A DNA stretch of 64,000 bases, taken from Minisyncoccota bacterium (lineage in GTDB: Bacteria; Patescibacteriota; Minisyncoccia; Phycocordibacterales; SW-6-46-9). The position numbers and the translations under genes were made by a program. A model generated the notes under the pieces. The model was not told where the DNA came from, ran no database searches, and saw only the letters and a program-made list of their open reading frames with translations. Positions 40,919 through 51,038 of the stretch are shown piece after piece. Each line of letters begins with the position of its first letter. The stretch's first letter is position 1. The stretch is taken from the NCBI GenBank assembly GCA_040904025.1, contig JBBDUG010000033.1, forward strand, positions 365 through 64,364. Direction: 5' to 3'.

Positions 40919-42789
40919 ATATCTAATATCTCTAAATGAGATGGGAGTTCCTTCATCTGACTAATGAAGTTCTTTCTCTCTTCTCCTGTCTCTGGTAATT
41001 CTCCATGTTCGATAAGGTGGTTGGCAAGAAAAAGCCACGATATTACCCCCGCCATGGTAAATACATCACGACGTGCAAATTTCTGAGCAGATGTACTCAT
41101 ACGATCATAGAGGGCCTCATCGGTAAGGAGATCAAGAAGATGTTTCCCTACTGACTCTGTATCCCCTATCTCTTCAACTACAAAACCAGTTACCCCACCC
41201 TTCATCTGAAGAGGGATACCCCCTGCGTTATATGAGATAAGGGGTTTTCCTTTCATAAGAGCTTCTGTCACTTTAACTTCAAAGCCTTCACGATGTGAGA
41301 GTTGCAAGGCAACCTTGCTACCACACATTAATACGTTGAGAAGTTGATCAATATGCGGGAGACGTGCCACCTTCACATCCTCTGCCAATTCTTCATATTC
41401 ACTCTCCAACAACTCCATCACTAAATTGTATATTGGAATACCATCAGGATCATCAACAGATCCATGGCCGACAATAACAAGTTGTGGTTTCTCTCCCTCT
41501 TCGAACTCTCTATACACATCACTAAACGCCTCTAAGACATCTGGGATTCCTTTGGAGGGATCGAAACGGGCAACCTGGATGACATACGGACGAGAATGAT
41601 CAAGTGGTTTTTGATTTGCCTCAATGAGTATTTTGTCAAAAAGCTTGAAGTAATACTCCATATCTTCATCAGAAAGTGGCTTGTTGAGTCCATCGAGAGG
41701 ATCAGTGGTTGGCGGAGTCAGTATCACATCATCTTTCTGGACATTTTCCGGCACAAAATCTGGGATTGGATGAGAAACGAAAAGATCAGCTTGCTGTGCA
41801 AATTTCCAAATGAAATTCCACACACGATTCTGTGGAGTACCGCTTACATCTGTTAACTCAGAGACAATTTGAATATGTGAACGATATATTATTTTCGCAT
41901 CTGGATTCTTTTCCTTAATGAAGGGGATAAGTCCGGAGGGCTGAGGATCATCAACAACAATAACATCTGCATCTGTAATAGTATCCTCAAGTAACTCAGC
42001 ATTCTCTCGCATCCACCCTTGATAGACTTCTATATCTCTTTCTGTTAGCTCTGTTCCATTCTTAGCCACTCCTTGCAGTACATTATGGAATTTAGTTTTT
42101 GTGATCAGAAATGCATCCGCTCGTTCTTCAAGAACGTGCCATGATGCATCTACACCCCATAAATGGAGTAGTCGTATATGAGCATGGCGCATGAGAGCAA
42201 CACCACCTCCCCGTGGAGTTGCTGAGATGAAACGAATCTTCTTTCCTTTAAACTTCTCTGTAAGTGTATCCAACGCCTCTATTTCTTCCGGGGTTGAGAT
42301 AGATTCGTATGCTTCCCGAGAGACTAAATCGTGCACAGATACACAGCAATCTTTTTCCACATCCACAACTAGCGTCTCGTCATCTTTAAAATGTTCTCGT
42401 GCATATACCGCAAGACGTGCACAGTTCTCTTCAGAGATCCCGTTTGGCCGTACAAATGTCACAATGTCATTCTCAAGCCAAAGGAGTGAAGCAAGATTGT
42501 GTAAATCTCCTTCTCCCGAGAGCCCCGCTCCAATATATTTAAATCCTTCGTGACTAGCTCTTTTTTTAAGCCACCTGCTTATATATTCAAAATCATCTTC
42601 ACCTGTCGGAACTTTTACATGCAGAGAAACATCCTCTGCACCTCGTTCGGTAACACGAAACTCACCCTTACTGTATCCAATTCCAAGAAATACAGAAATA
42701 GGTATATTGAGAGCCTCGATACGAGCACGAATATCTGATAGGTCTTGAGAAATAGTATCTGGGTGGTCTGGCATATGGTTCCGTTTCAT
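40915..42789 (-). CDS. GT4 glycosyltransferase, trehalose synthase/phosphorylase (TreT/fungal TP-like)
   Basis: SATPRGGGVALM, FHNVLQG, DDPQPSGLIP, RSHIQ, QVARFDPSKG, EGFEVKVTEA. Confidence 0.88.
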   Translation of the reverse strand: MKRNHMPDHPDTISQDLSDIRARIEALNIPISVFLGIGYSKGEFRVTERGAEDVSLHVKVPTGEDDFEYISRWLKKRASHEGFKYIGAGLSGEGDLHNLASLLWLENDIVTFVRPNGISEENCARLAVYAREHFKDDETLVVDVEKDCCVSVHDLVSREAYESISTPEEIEALDTLTEKFKGKKIRFISATPRGGGVALMRHAHIRLLHLWGVDASWHVLEERADAFLITKTKFHNVLQGVAKNGTELTERDIEVYQGWMRENAELLEDTITDADVIVVDDPQPSGLIPFIKEKNPDAKIIYRSHIQIVSELTDVSGTPQNRVWNFIWKFAQQADLFVSHPIPDFVPENVQKDDVILTPPTTDPLDGLNKPLSDEDMEYYFKLFDKILIEANQKPLDHSRPYVIQVARFDPSKGIPDVLEAFSDVYREFEEGEKPQLVIVGHGSVDDPDGIPIYNLVMELLESEYEELAEDVKVARLPHIDQLLNVLMCGSKVALQLSHREGFEVKVTEALMKGKPLISYNAGGIPLQMKGGVTGFVVEEIGDTESVGKHLLDLLTDEALYDRMSTSAQKFARRDVFTMAGVISWLFLANHLIEHGELPETGEERKNFISQMKELPSHLEILDI

Positions 42790-42850
42790 CAACTACTATA
42801 TTTTTATCCTACCACATTCATAAGGATGTCAATGGAGTATATAGGGAAAA

Positions 42851-43288
42851 TCAAACCTTCCTTTCATACATCTCATTGCTCTTAAAACACTTAATTGTTC
42901 CCTTACAAGGTCCCCAGAGACCGTCCGGCATTTCATCCAAATCTCTCCAATGCCACCCTTCTATTTTATGAGGCTCTTTTACTTCAAGTTCACCTGAAAA
43001 GTCTTCGCATAAAAAGTTGACCGTAATCCAATGCTCATGACCTGCTCCATCAAAATCATCAATGAGTCCAATAAAGGAAAGAGAGTTTACTTTAAGACCA
43101 GTCTCTTCATACATCTCTCGTACTGCAGCATCATGGCAGGTCTCCCCATAGTCAACAGCGCCCCCGGGAAATGTCCAGGATTCAGTCTTTTCTTTTCGCG
43201 CCTTTCTATGACCAAGGAGTACAGAGTTTCCTTTTTTTATCATGATTCCTACACCTACTCGAACCTGACCCCCTTTTTGTTTATTCAT
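42851..43288 (-). CDS. Nudix hydrolase (NUDT15/MutT-like)
   Basis: VRVGVG, WTFPGGAVDYGETCHDAAVREMYEETGL, EPHK. Confidence 0.9.
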   Translation of the reverse strand: MNKQKGGQVRVGVGIMIKKGNSVLLGHRKARKEKTESWTFPGGAVDYGETCHDAAVREMYEETGLKVNSLSFIGLIDDFDGAGHEHWITVNFLCEDFSGELEVKEPHKIEGWHWRDLDEMPDGLWGPCKGTIKCFKSNEMYERKV

Positions 43289-43289
43289 A

Positions 43290-44279
43290 TTATTTTCTCT
43301 CAATTACCCGCTTCACTGCCTTTTTGATATCTTCAACCCCCATTCCATATTTTTCAATGAGTTCGTCTGGTTGTCCCGATTGTCCAAACCTATCCTCAAC
43401 TCCCACAAACTCCTGAGGAACAGGGTTATTCCGTACCAACACTTCTGCAACAGCAGATCCCATACCACCAGCAATCTGATGTTCCTCAACGGTAACAACC
43501 GCACCCGCTCGCTGTGCTTCACGAATCACCGCCCCTTCATCGATTGGCTTAATTGTATGATTATTCAATACGTTCACCTTAATCCCCTCTTCCTCAAGCT
43601 CTTTTGCGGCAACAAGTGAATTGTGTACTAAAATTCCGCAGGCAATAATGGAGGCTTCGGGCTTATCGCTCTCCCAAAGAAGATTTGCCTTCCCAAGTTC
43701 AAGGGGAGAATCTTTCGTAGTTACCATCGGCGTCTTCGACCGCCCCATACGAATATAGACAGGTTCATCAATCTTCACCGCTGCATGTACTATCTTTCGA
43801 ACCTCTTCCATGTCACAACCAACCATCACATTCATATTCGGCTGAACCCGCATAAGGGCGATGTCTTCAAGTGCCTGATGTGTTGCACCGTCTGGACCCA
43901 CTGAGACACCCGCATGACAACCCACAATCTTTACCGGTACTTCATTTAAAGAAATAGTGGTACGAATCTGCTCATTATTTCTCCCCGGAGAAAATGCTGC
44001 ATATGAAGCGATAAAGGGGATTTTGCCGTAGTTGGCCATACCTGAGGCAACTGTTGCCATGTTCTGCTCGGCAACTCCTAATTCAATATATCGATCAGGA
44101 TATTTCTCTTTAAACCAATGAGTCCGTGTTGACTCCGCAAGATCAGCACAGAGCGCAACAACCTGATCATTTTCATCAGCAACTTCAACTAACCCCTTAC
44201 CGTATCCATCACGCGTGTATTCACGCGCAACATCCTCTGAAAATATATCCGGATTTAATTTTTGTGATTCTACAATCAT
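43290..44279 (-). CDS. tkt: Transketolase C-terminal subunit
   Basis: GVAEQNM, GPDGATHQ, VEEHQIAGG. Confidence 0.93.
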   Translation of the reverse strand: MIVESQKLNPDIFSEDVAREYTRDGYGKGLVEVADENDQVVALCADLAESTRTHWFKEKYPDRYIELGVAEQNMATVASGMANYGKIPFIASYAAFSPGRNNEQIRTTISLNEVPVKIVGCHAGVSVGPDGATHQALEDIALMRVQPNMNVMVGCDMEEVRKIVHAAVKIDEPVYIRMGRSKTPMVTTKDSPLELGKANLLWESDKPEASIIACGILVHNSLVAAKELEEEGIKVNVLNNHTIKPIDEGAVIREAQRAGAVVTVEEHQIAGGMGSAVAEVLVRNNPVPQEFVGVEDRFGQSGQPDELIEKYGMGVEDIKKAVKRVIERK

Positions 44280-44284
44280 AATTA

Positions 44285-44560
44285 TTACTCTTTATTTTCC
44301 ATCCGCTTTTTTGCCTCTTCGATCACCTCCTTTGCTTTTTCTTCACCAACTGCCTCCTTCAGAGCTTCAATCGCAGACTCAATCTTATCCGCACTTTCCT
44401 TATTCTCAAAAACAAAGTGAATAAAACCAATCTGATCTTCTTTATTCATCTGCTCTAAAAAATTAGATGGTGTGTCTCGAGTATTCTTATCAAAATCTTT
44501 CTGTTTTTCTTCTTCAGACATCTCTTCAGGTTTTGGCCATTGTAGTGCTCCTTCTTTCAT
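44285..44560 (-). CDS. Hypothetical charged protein between the transketolase subunits
   Basis: 91-codon co-oriented ORF with tight spacing. Confidence 0.65.
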   Translation of the reverse strand: MKEGALQWPKPEEMSEEEKQKDFDKNTRDTPSNFLEQMNKEDQIGFIHFVFENKESADKIESAIEALKEAVGEEKAKEVIEEAKKRMENKE

Positions 44561-44577
44561 GATCTTTAAAATTATTG

Positions 44578-45441
44578 TTAATCACTATGCGGCGCCTCAA
44601 TATCACCCTGGAGCGTCCGCAGCTCTTTAAGCCACTTCTGCTCTTCTTCCGTTGACGGCGGCTTGCCGTGCCAATGATAGTCAAACTCAATCTCTTTAAT
44701 TCCCTTTCCGGGAATAGTATGCGCCAAGATTAATGTTGGCTTCTCATACACCGCCTTTACCTCATCAATGGCATCTACAAACTCTTCGATATTGTGTCCA
44801 TTCACCTCCATAACATGCCAATTAAATGCCTCATACTTCTCTCGCATTGGCTCGAGTGGCATGACATTTTCTGTCATTCCATTGATCTGAATATTATTAC
44901 GATCCATTACAGCAGTTAGGTTCGATAACTTATTCGCACCCGCAAACATAGCAGCTTCCCAGGTATTCCCTGCCTGCTGCTCACCATCGGACATCAAACA
45001 ATAGGTACGAAAGTCTCTATCATCCATACGGGCAGCATACGCCATTCCCGCCGCCTGTCCGAGACCGGATCCAAGAGGTCCAGAAGTCGTCTCAACCGCA
45101 GGAAGTCTCATTCGCTCGGGATGCCCCTGTAGTCTTGACCCAAAAGAACGCAGAGTCTTTGTCTCTTCGATGGGGAAATACCCAGCATGTGCCATGGTGG
45201 CATATCGCACAGGAGTGATGTGTCCATTAGAGAGCACTAATCGATCTCGCTCATCCCACATGGGATCATCCGGCTTATGATTGAGTATATGAAAATAGAA
45301 GGCGGTAAATATGTCGGTCATGCCCAAAGGTCCCGCGGTATGTCCGGAACCAGCATCCTCAAGCATATCGATAATAGTCTGGCGAATTTCATTCGCCTTT
45401 TTCTCAAGCTCTTTTACCTTTTCTTCAGAAATTGTTGTCAT
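44578..45441 (-). CDS. tkt: Transketolase N-terminal subunit
   Basis: GSGH, RDRLVLSNGH, LQGHP, SDGE ThDP motif, WHGK. Confidence 0.95.
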   Translation of the reverse strand: MTTISEEKVKELEKKANEIRQTIIDMLEDAGSGHTAGPLGMTDIFTAFYFHILNHKPDDPMWDERDRLVLSNGHITPVRYATMAHAGYFPIEETKTLRSFGSRLQGHPERMRLPAVETTSGPLGSGLGQAAGMAYAARMDDRDFRTYCLMSDGEQQAGNTWEAAMFAGANKLSNLTAVMDRNNIQINGMTENVMPLEPMREKYEAFNWHVMEVNGHNIEEFVDAIDEVKAVYEKPTLILAHTIPGKGIKEIEFDYHWHGKPPSTEEEQKWLKELRTLQGDIEAPHSD

Positions 45442-46131
45442 TTATTCTCCTCTTAGATTACGTATCGCCTCTGACATATCCATACTATCAAAAATATAAG
45501 AACCCGATACCAGCTTATTCACACCAACCTCAATTAGATCGGGAGCTGTATCACCATCAACACCGATATCAACGGCAATATCCATACCCGGATAGTGCTC
45601 TCGTAATGTTTCTGCCCTGTCAAACACTCGTTCATCAAGATCAACTCCATGATATCCAATCTTGTCATTCCCCATTAGCTGAACAAAATCACTCATCTCA
45701 ATCAATGATTCATCAATATCATCGGAAGGACGAAAAGCAACCCCCAATACAACAGCAGATTCCCTGCATTTCTTTTGTATCTCCTCAAACTTCTCAGTGC
45801 TTGCTGCATGAACAATGCAGGAGGTAGCACCTGCTTTTATCCAGTCATCTATATGATGCTCTGGATATGCAGTCATCATATCAATCTCAAAATCAAATGT
45901 ATCCCAATACGGAAATCCTCTCTCTTGAGCTATTATTCGATCGAATTCTGCATCTTGTGCAGAATACGGCCAACTTTTTGTTGGTGCATACGCGCCATCC
46001 ATAACATCAATTTGCACGATAGTAGGAATCCCGAGTGCTTCTCGCACGTCATCTTGCGCCAAACGGGATAAGTGCCCCTCAAGATCATGGAGGTCTTCTG
46101 GAATTATTGCGGGTATGACGTATGTATTCAT
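45442..46131 (-). CDS. rpe: Ribulose-phosphate 3-epimerase
   Basis: QIDVMDG, VQLMG...GYHG, VDIGV, LVSGS. Confidence 0.88.
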   Translation of the reverse strand: MNTYVIPAIIPEDLHDLEGHLSRLAQDDVREALGIPTIVQIDVMDGAYAPTKSWPYSAQDAEFDRIIAQERGFPYWDTFDFEIDMMTAYPEHHIDDWIKAGATSCIVHAASTEKFEEIQKKCRESAVVLGVAFRPSDDIDESLIEMSDFVQLMGNDKIGYHGVDLDERVFDRAETLREHYPGMDIAVDIGVDGDTAPDLIEVGVNKLVSGSYIFDSMDMSEAIRNLRGE

Positions 46132-46132
46132 T

Positions 46133-46582
46133 TTAGTTATATTCCTCTATCTTCTTAATCCGCCTCTCATGCCGCTCTTCTTCAGAGAAATCATATTCCA
46201 ACCACTTCAATACAACTTTCTTTGCCTCTTCTTCAGAGACAAAGCCTGCTCCGATTGAAAGCACATTCGCATTATTATCAACTCGCGAAAGCTTCACAAC
46301 CTCATCATCTCCACCATAGAATACAGCTGCCCGTACTCCTCGTACCCGATTAGCTGCCATCGCCTCTCCCTGCCCCGACCGACCGAGAACGATCCCTTGA
46401 TTAGAAAAGGGGTCTTTTGAGACTGCCTCAGCTACAGGAAGGATAAAGTCGGGGTAGTCATCGCTGGGGTCATGTTCATATGCCCCCATGTCTTCAACCT
46501 CAAACCCCTCACTGCCCAAAAACGCAATGAGTTTCTCTTTTAATTCATACCCTCTATGATCTGCTCCGATGTATATGGTCAT
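46133..46582 (-). CDS. rpiB: Ribose-5-phosphate isomerase B
   Basis: IGADHRG, DDYPD, GRSGQG, NNANVL, RHERRI. Confidence 0.93.
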   Translation of the reverse strand: MTIYIGADHRGYELKEKLIAFLGSEGFEVEDMGAYEHDPSDDYPDFILPVAEAVSKDPFSNQGIVLGRSGQGEAMAANRVRGVRAAVFYGGDDEVVKLSRVDNNANVLSIGAGFVSEEEAKKVVLKWLEYDFSEEERHERRIKKIEEYN

Positions 46583-46594
46583 ATGTATATAATA

Positions 46595-48241
46595 CTACTC
46601 CTTAACAATATGTTCTTGTATGTATTCCACTGATCCCCCCACCTTTTTCCCGGGATTAAATATCCCCTGCGGATCAAATATCTTCTTAACTTCTTTGAAT
46701 AATTCATACATATCCTCTCCAAACATCTTTCGCACATATGGTGTACGGATAATGCCATCATTATGCTCTGCGGTAATAGAGCCATCATATTCTATGACAA
46801 GATCATAGAACATATCAGCTACCTTAGTAATCTTTTCTCGTTCTCGTTTTCGAGAAAGATCCATCAGAGGAATGATGTGGAAGTTACCATTCCCCGCATG
46901 TCCGGTAATATTGGCGCGTATCCCGTGCTCTTGCAGTATTGAGAGTGCTTTTGGTAAGAACTCGGGTATTCGCTCCGGCACTACACAAAAGTCCTCTACA
47001 AACGGTGCTGTGCGCTTCCCGTGTACATGATGTCGGAGAAGGTTAAAAGATTCCCGACGCATAACCCAATATTTTTCCATTTCAGTCTCTTCGCGCAGTA
47101 CACGATATTTAAGATCAAATGATGTAAGTGCGGCTTCAATCTTCTCAGTTTTTTCATCAAGCTTTGCGATACTCTCCTCTTCAAGCTCGACAAGTACCAC
47201 GAGTTTCGGAATACCACCCATAGAGAACCCTATCTTTATCTCCGGCAGAAAGTCCTTGAGAAAAGAGAAGAAATTGCTTCCCGCCGCTTTTGCAATCTCT
47301 GGCATAAAGCGAAGCCCCAATTTCATTGTCGCATCATCAAAGGTCTCAAGTGACATTGGTTCATACGGCAATACCGCATTCACAACATCGGGGAGAGACT
47401 CCCAACTTTTAAAGAAAAGTGCAATGAGACGTTTCTCCGGCAGTTCATTTACAAGACGGATCTTTGCCCCCACAAGCATTCCAAGTGTCCCCTGTGAACC
47501 TACAAACAGAGGTGTAAGATCAAAGGTGCCCTCCTGTGGATCATATATATTCCATAGATCATATCCTGAGGAATTCTTTGAAACAGAGGGGCGGTGTTTT
47601 TTGATAAGGTTCTGATTGTCATATACCAGACGATACATACGGGAATATATCTCTCCTTCAAAGGTGCTCTGTGCCATCTTTTCATTGAGCTCACCCTTGC
47701 TCAATTTGCGGATGGTATATTCTTTCCCATCTGCAAGCACCATCCGAAGCTCTTCTACAAAATCCTTCATCTTTCCATACCGAAGCGTCTTCTCTCCCCC
47801 ACAGTTGTTCATGATCATTCCACCAAATGCCGCGATGTTCTTTGATGCGGGATAGACAGGCAAGGAAATATGATCGGGAAGCACTTCTTTCTCAAAAGTG
47901 CGATAGAAAACACCCGGTTCCACCATTGCTTCCAGATTATCCTCATCCACCTCAAGATTTGTGAAATGGGGGGTAAAGCCGAGAATAATTGATTCATTGA
48001 GTGGTCCGCCAGTCATATCCGTTCCAGCGGAACGACCGGTAATGGAGATATTGCGTCCCCGTACCTTTTCCCGATCAACAAATCGAACGATCTCCTGCAC
48101 ATCTTGGGAATGTTTAGGAAACACCACTACTTCAGGTCTCACTTCAAAGAGAGATGTGTCACGCGAATACTCTGCGAGCGTTTTCTCGTCTGTATTCACC
48201 TCTCCTTCTACAATTTTTTCTAATTCCGCTTTAAGCTCCAC
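46595..48241 (-). CDS. FAD-binding oxidoreductase (GlcD/D-lactate dehydrogenase family)
   Basis: GRSAGTDMTGG, GSQGTLG, GHAGNGNFH, AEHNDG, FDP.GIFNPGK. Confidence 0.88.
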   Translation of the reverse strand: MELKAELEKIVEGEVNTDEKTLAEYSRDTSLFEVRPEVVVFPKHSQDVQEIVRFVDREKVRGRNISITGRSAGTDMTGGPLNESIILGFTPHFTNLEVDEDNLEAMVEPGVFYRTFEKEVLPDHISLPVYPASKNIAAFGGMIMNNCGGEKTLRYGKMKDFVEELRMVLADGKEYTIRKLSKGELNEKMAQSTFEGEIYSRMYRLVYDNQNLIKKHRPSVSKNSSGYDLWNIYDPQEGTFDLTPLFVGSQGTLGMLVGAKIRLVNELPEKRLIALFFKSWESLPDVVNAVLPYEPMSLETFDDATMKLGLRFMPEIAKAAGSNFFSFLKDFLPEIKIGFSMGGIPKLVVLVELEEESIAKLDEKTEKIEAALTSFDLKYRVLREETEMEKYWVMRRESFNLLRHHVHGKRTAPFVEDFCVVPERIPEFLPKALSILQEHGIRANITGHAGNGNFHIIPLMDLSRKREREKITKVADMFYDLVIEYDGSITAEHNDGIIRTPYVRKMFGEDMYELFKEVKKIFDPQGIFNPGKKVGGSVEYIQEHIVKE

Positions 48242-48252
48242 AGCATATGTTG

Positions 48253-49269
48253 TTAAATTGACTGTGATGTCTTTATCACATGCTTCACAAGTGTATTGGT
48301 ATATCCCATCTCGTTGTCATACCAGCTAAGCACCTTTACAAGATTCCCACCAACAACACGCGTCATTTGCAAATCGGCAATAGATGCATATGTATTGCCG
48401 ATTATATCGGTAGAGACAATGTCCTCTTCAGTCACAGAAAAGATTCCCTGCCATCGTTCTTCTTCAGCTGCTTTTCGGAGAATATCATTCACTTCTTCTG
48501 CAGTTGTCTCCTTTGAGGTGAGAAATGTAATATCAACAATTGAGCCAACTACAACCGGCACGCGTAAGGAGATACCGTCAAAGGCATCTACACCCTCAAC
48601 CGCCTTTGTTGTTGCAATTGCCGCACCTGTTGAAGATGGCACAATATTCTGTGCTGCTGCACGACCCCGACGCCGTTTCTCATTGGGAGAATCGATAAGA
48701 TTCTGAGAAGCGGTATATCCATGCACAGTATTCAAGAGCGCTTTCTCTATACCAAGAGAATCTCGGATAATGGCCATGAGTGGTCCCGCTGCATTGGTGG
48801 TACACGATGCATTTGCACTAATTGTGCAGGTGGAAAGCTTTTCTTCATTCACCCCCATAAGCACAGTTGCTCCGGGTATATCATCCTGTGGTGCATCTTT
48901 AACTGGGGCAGAGATCACTACTTTCTTCGCACCAGCTTCAATATGCGGACGTGATTTTTCATATCCATCAAATACGCCAGTGGACTCAATCACAACATCA
49001 ATATCCATATCGCCCCACGGTAATTCTCCCGGTTTCGGTTCCGAGAGATATGGGATGGAGTCTCCCCCAACAACAAGTGCTTCATCAGTATGACTCACCT
49101 CTTCCTCATATCTCCCATATACACTGTCATATGAGAGTAGGTAGGCAATATTATCTATCGGTGCCAGATCGTTAATAGCAACGATCTCAAGCTCTTCTTT
49201 TTTCCGAGCGAGCTTGAAAAATGAACGCCCGATACGTCCAAACCCGTTAATTGCAATGCGTGTAGTCAT
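48253..49269 (-). CDS. gap: Type I glyceraldehyde-3-phosphate dehydrogenase
   Basis: INGFGRIGR, NASCTTN, STGAA, WYDNE. Confidence 0.97.
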   Translation of the reverse strand: MTTRIAINGFGRIGRSFFKLARKKEELEIVAINDLAPIDNIAYLLSYDSVYGRYEEEVSHTDEALVVGGDSIPYLSEPKPGELPWGDMDIDVVIESTGVFDGYEKSRPHIEAGAKKVVISAPVKDAPQDDIPGATVLMGVNEEKLSTCTISANASCTTNAAGPLMAIIRDSLGIEKALLNTVHGYTASQNLIDSPNEKRRRGRAAAQNIVPSSTGAAIATTKAVEGVDAFDGISLRVPVVVGSIVDITFLTSKETTAEEVNDILRKAAEEERWQGIFSVTEEDIVSTDIIGNTYASIADLQMTRVVGGNLVKVLSWYDNEMGYTNTLVKHVIKTSQSI

Positions 49270-49333
49270 AAATAGTCTTTTTTAGCTTATTTCTAATATA
49301 CCTCCAGTATATCAAACTACACTCAAATACCAG

Positions 49334-49984
49334 CTATTCGCGCCCATTTTGTATGAGTTGTCCAAGATACGTCTTTTCAAGCAACCAGTTACGTCCATAT
49401 TTGTTGTATAGAACAACAAAGACAATGATGAGTCCGATTGCAAATCCAATAATATTGATAACCTTATCAGGATTCTGGATGGAGTCTCCAAAGAAATATC
49501 CCAACCCAATTATCATCGCACTCCACAACGGTTGTCCGGCAAGAATTGCAAAATACACCCGCTTCACCTTTATCTTTATCGTCCCTGCCGCAATGATAAG
49601 GGCGGTATCGAGTGTTGGAACAGGCAACACCTTAGCTAAAAATAAACTCTCAAAGAAATGTTTATCGATAAATTTTGCAAGATCAGTCTGCTCTCCACTG
49701 TCATTGCGTAATTTCGTCATGATATTGCGGGCAAATTCAAAACGTTCAAGATAATCTGAGCCCCACCATGCCAAGATCAGTACAAATGTATCTGTAAATA
49801 ACCGTACTCCAACATATACACCAAAAACGACGAAAGGATTGAGAACCCCTACCGAAGAGAGGGCACCAGCAATAAATCCAAAGGTCGTCCCCTCAAAAAG
49901 CATTGTGGGGATGAGGATCCAATATCCATATGTGGAAAGCCACATGGCAGCCGAACTCCCCAATACTGTTTCTGCTCCTGTCAT
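49334..49984 (-). CDS. DedA/VTT family membrane protein
   Basis: YGY..L...MLFEG, KVLP, LGYFFG. Multiple TM helices. Confidence 0.75.
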   Translation of the reverse strand: MTGAETVLGSSAAMWLSTYGYWILIPTMLFEGTTFGFIAGALSSVGVLNPFVVFGVYVGVRLFTDTFVLILAWWGSDYLERFEFARNIMTKLRNDSGEQTDLAKFIDKHFFESLFLAKVLPVPTLDTALIIAAGTIKIKVKRVYFAILAGQPLWSAMIIGLGYFFGDSIQNPDKVINIIGFAIGLIIVFVVLYNKYGRNWLLEKTYLGQLIQNGRE

Positions 49985-50027
49985 ATAATATATCCAGTAT
50001 TGCTACAAATAGACAAAATGGCAAGAA

Positions 50028-50152
50028 GAAAAAAGGAGACCTCTCCCTCTGCACAGAGAAAGGTCCCCAAGATGTGTCACATAGATATGCATCTACGTCG
50101 CCGGAGTGACACTGAAGTGAACAACGCGACAAAACCCAGGGCCGCATGAGCT
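50028..50152 (-). ncRNA. Candidate small structured RNA or attenuator leader upstream of dedA
   Basis: Extended -10 TGCTATAAT (50159-50167), nested stem GTGTCAC..GTAGAT-gcat-ATCTAT..GTGACAC, 14-bp terminator plus T6. Confidence 0.45.
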
Positions 50153-50212
50153 ATCTAGATTATAGCACCCCACCCCTCTTATATTATCCACACATATGAT
50201 ACTATCACTGCA

Positions 50213-50923
50213 ATGGAATACCCTATTCGAATAAATAAATATCTAAAGGAGAAAGGATTCTGCTCCCGCAGACAAGCAGATCGATTCATTGAAGAGGGAC
50301 GTGTGGAAATCAACGGAAAACCTGCAGAACTCGGACAGCAGGTTGAAGGGGGAGATGTAGTGGAGGTGGACAAGAAAGTTGCAGAAGCCCCAGAAAACTA
50401 TCAGTACTATCTATTCAACAAACCACAAGATGTGGTAAGTATTAACCCGCAAAGAGGAGAAGTGGGTCCATATACCACAGCACCCGAACTAGAGGGAACA
50501 TCACCTGTCGGAAGATTAGACAAAGACTCACGTGGTCTCATGCTCTTCACCGATGATGGTAGAATTGTAAACAAACTTCTCAACCCCAAGTTTGATCATG
50601 AAAAAGAATATAGAGTGAAGGTAAATAAACCTCTCTCCCCGAATTTCAAAAAACGAATGGAGAATGGGATCGACATAGAAGGATATACTACGAAACCAGC
50701 GACATTGCGAATCTTGGGAGATAAAATATTCTCAATCACACTCACAGAGGGGAAGAAACATCAGATCCGACGTATGGTTACAGCACTCGGATACGAAGTA
50801 GAGGATCTAAAGCGCACACGAATAATGAATCTAAAGATTAACAACCTTAAAGAAGGAGATATTCGCCCTCTCACAGAACAGGAAAAAGAAAAACTTCTCT
50901 CCTCATTAGGAGTTAGTCGATAA
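50213..50923 (+). CDS. rRNA pseudouridine synthase (RluF/RsuA family)
   Basis: S4 domain RINKYL..CSRRQAD, GRLDKDS, EGKKHQIRRM. Confidence 0.93.
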   Translation: MEYPIRINKYLKEKGFCSRRQADRFIEEGRVEINGKPAELGQQVEGGDVVEVDKKVAEAPENYQYYLFNKPQDVVSINPQRGEVGPYTTAPELEGTSPVGRLDKDSRGLMLFTDDGRIVNKLLNPKFDHEKEYRVKVNKPLSPNFKKRMENGIDIEGYTTKPATLRILGDKIFSITLTEGKKHQIRRMVTALGYEVEDLKRTRIMNLKINNLKEGDIRPLTEQEKEKLLSSLGVSR

Positions 50924-51038
50924 GAACGTTCAAGACTGTCAGGAGTGTAGAGAAAAATCCTGTAATAAGAGCGATACGTGTCGGTCGATCGGATATATAT
51001 CGTTTTAAATATTTATACGCCATCTTCTCTATACTGTA

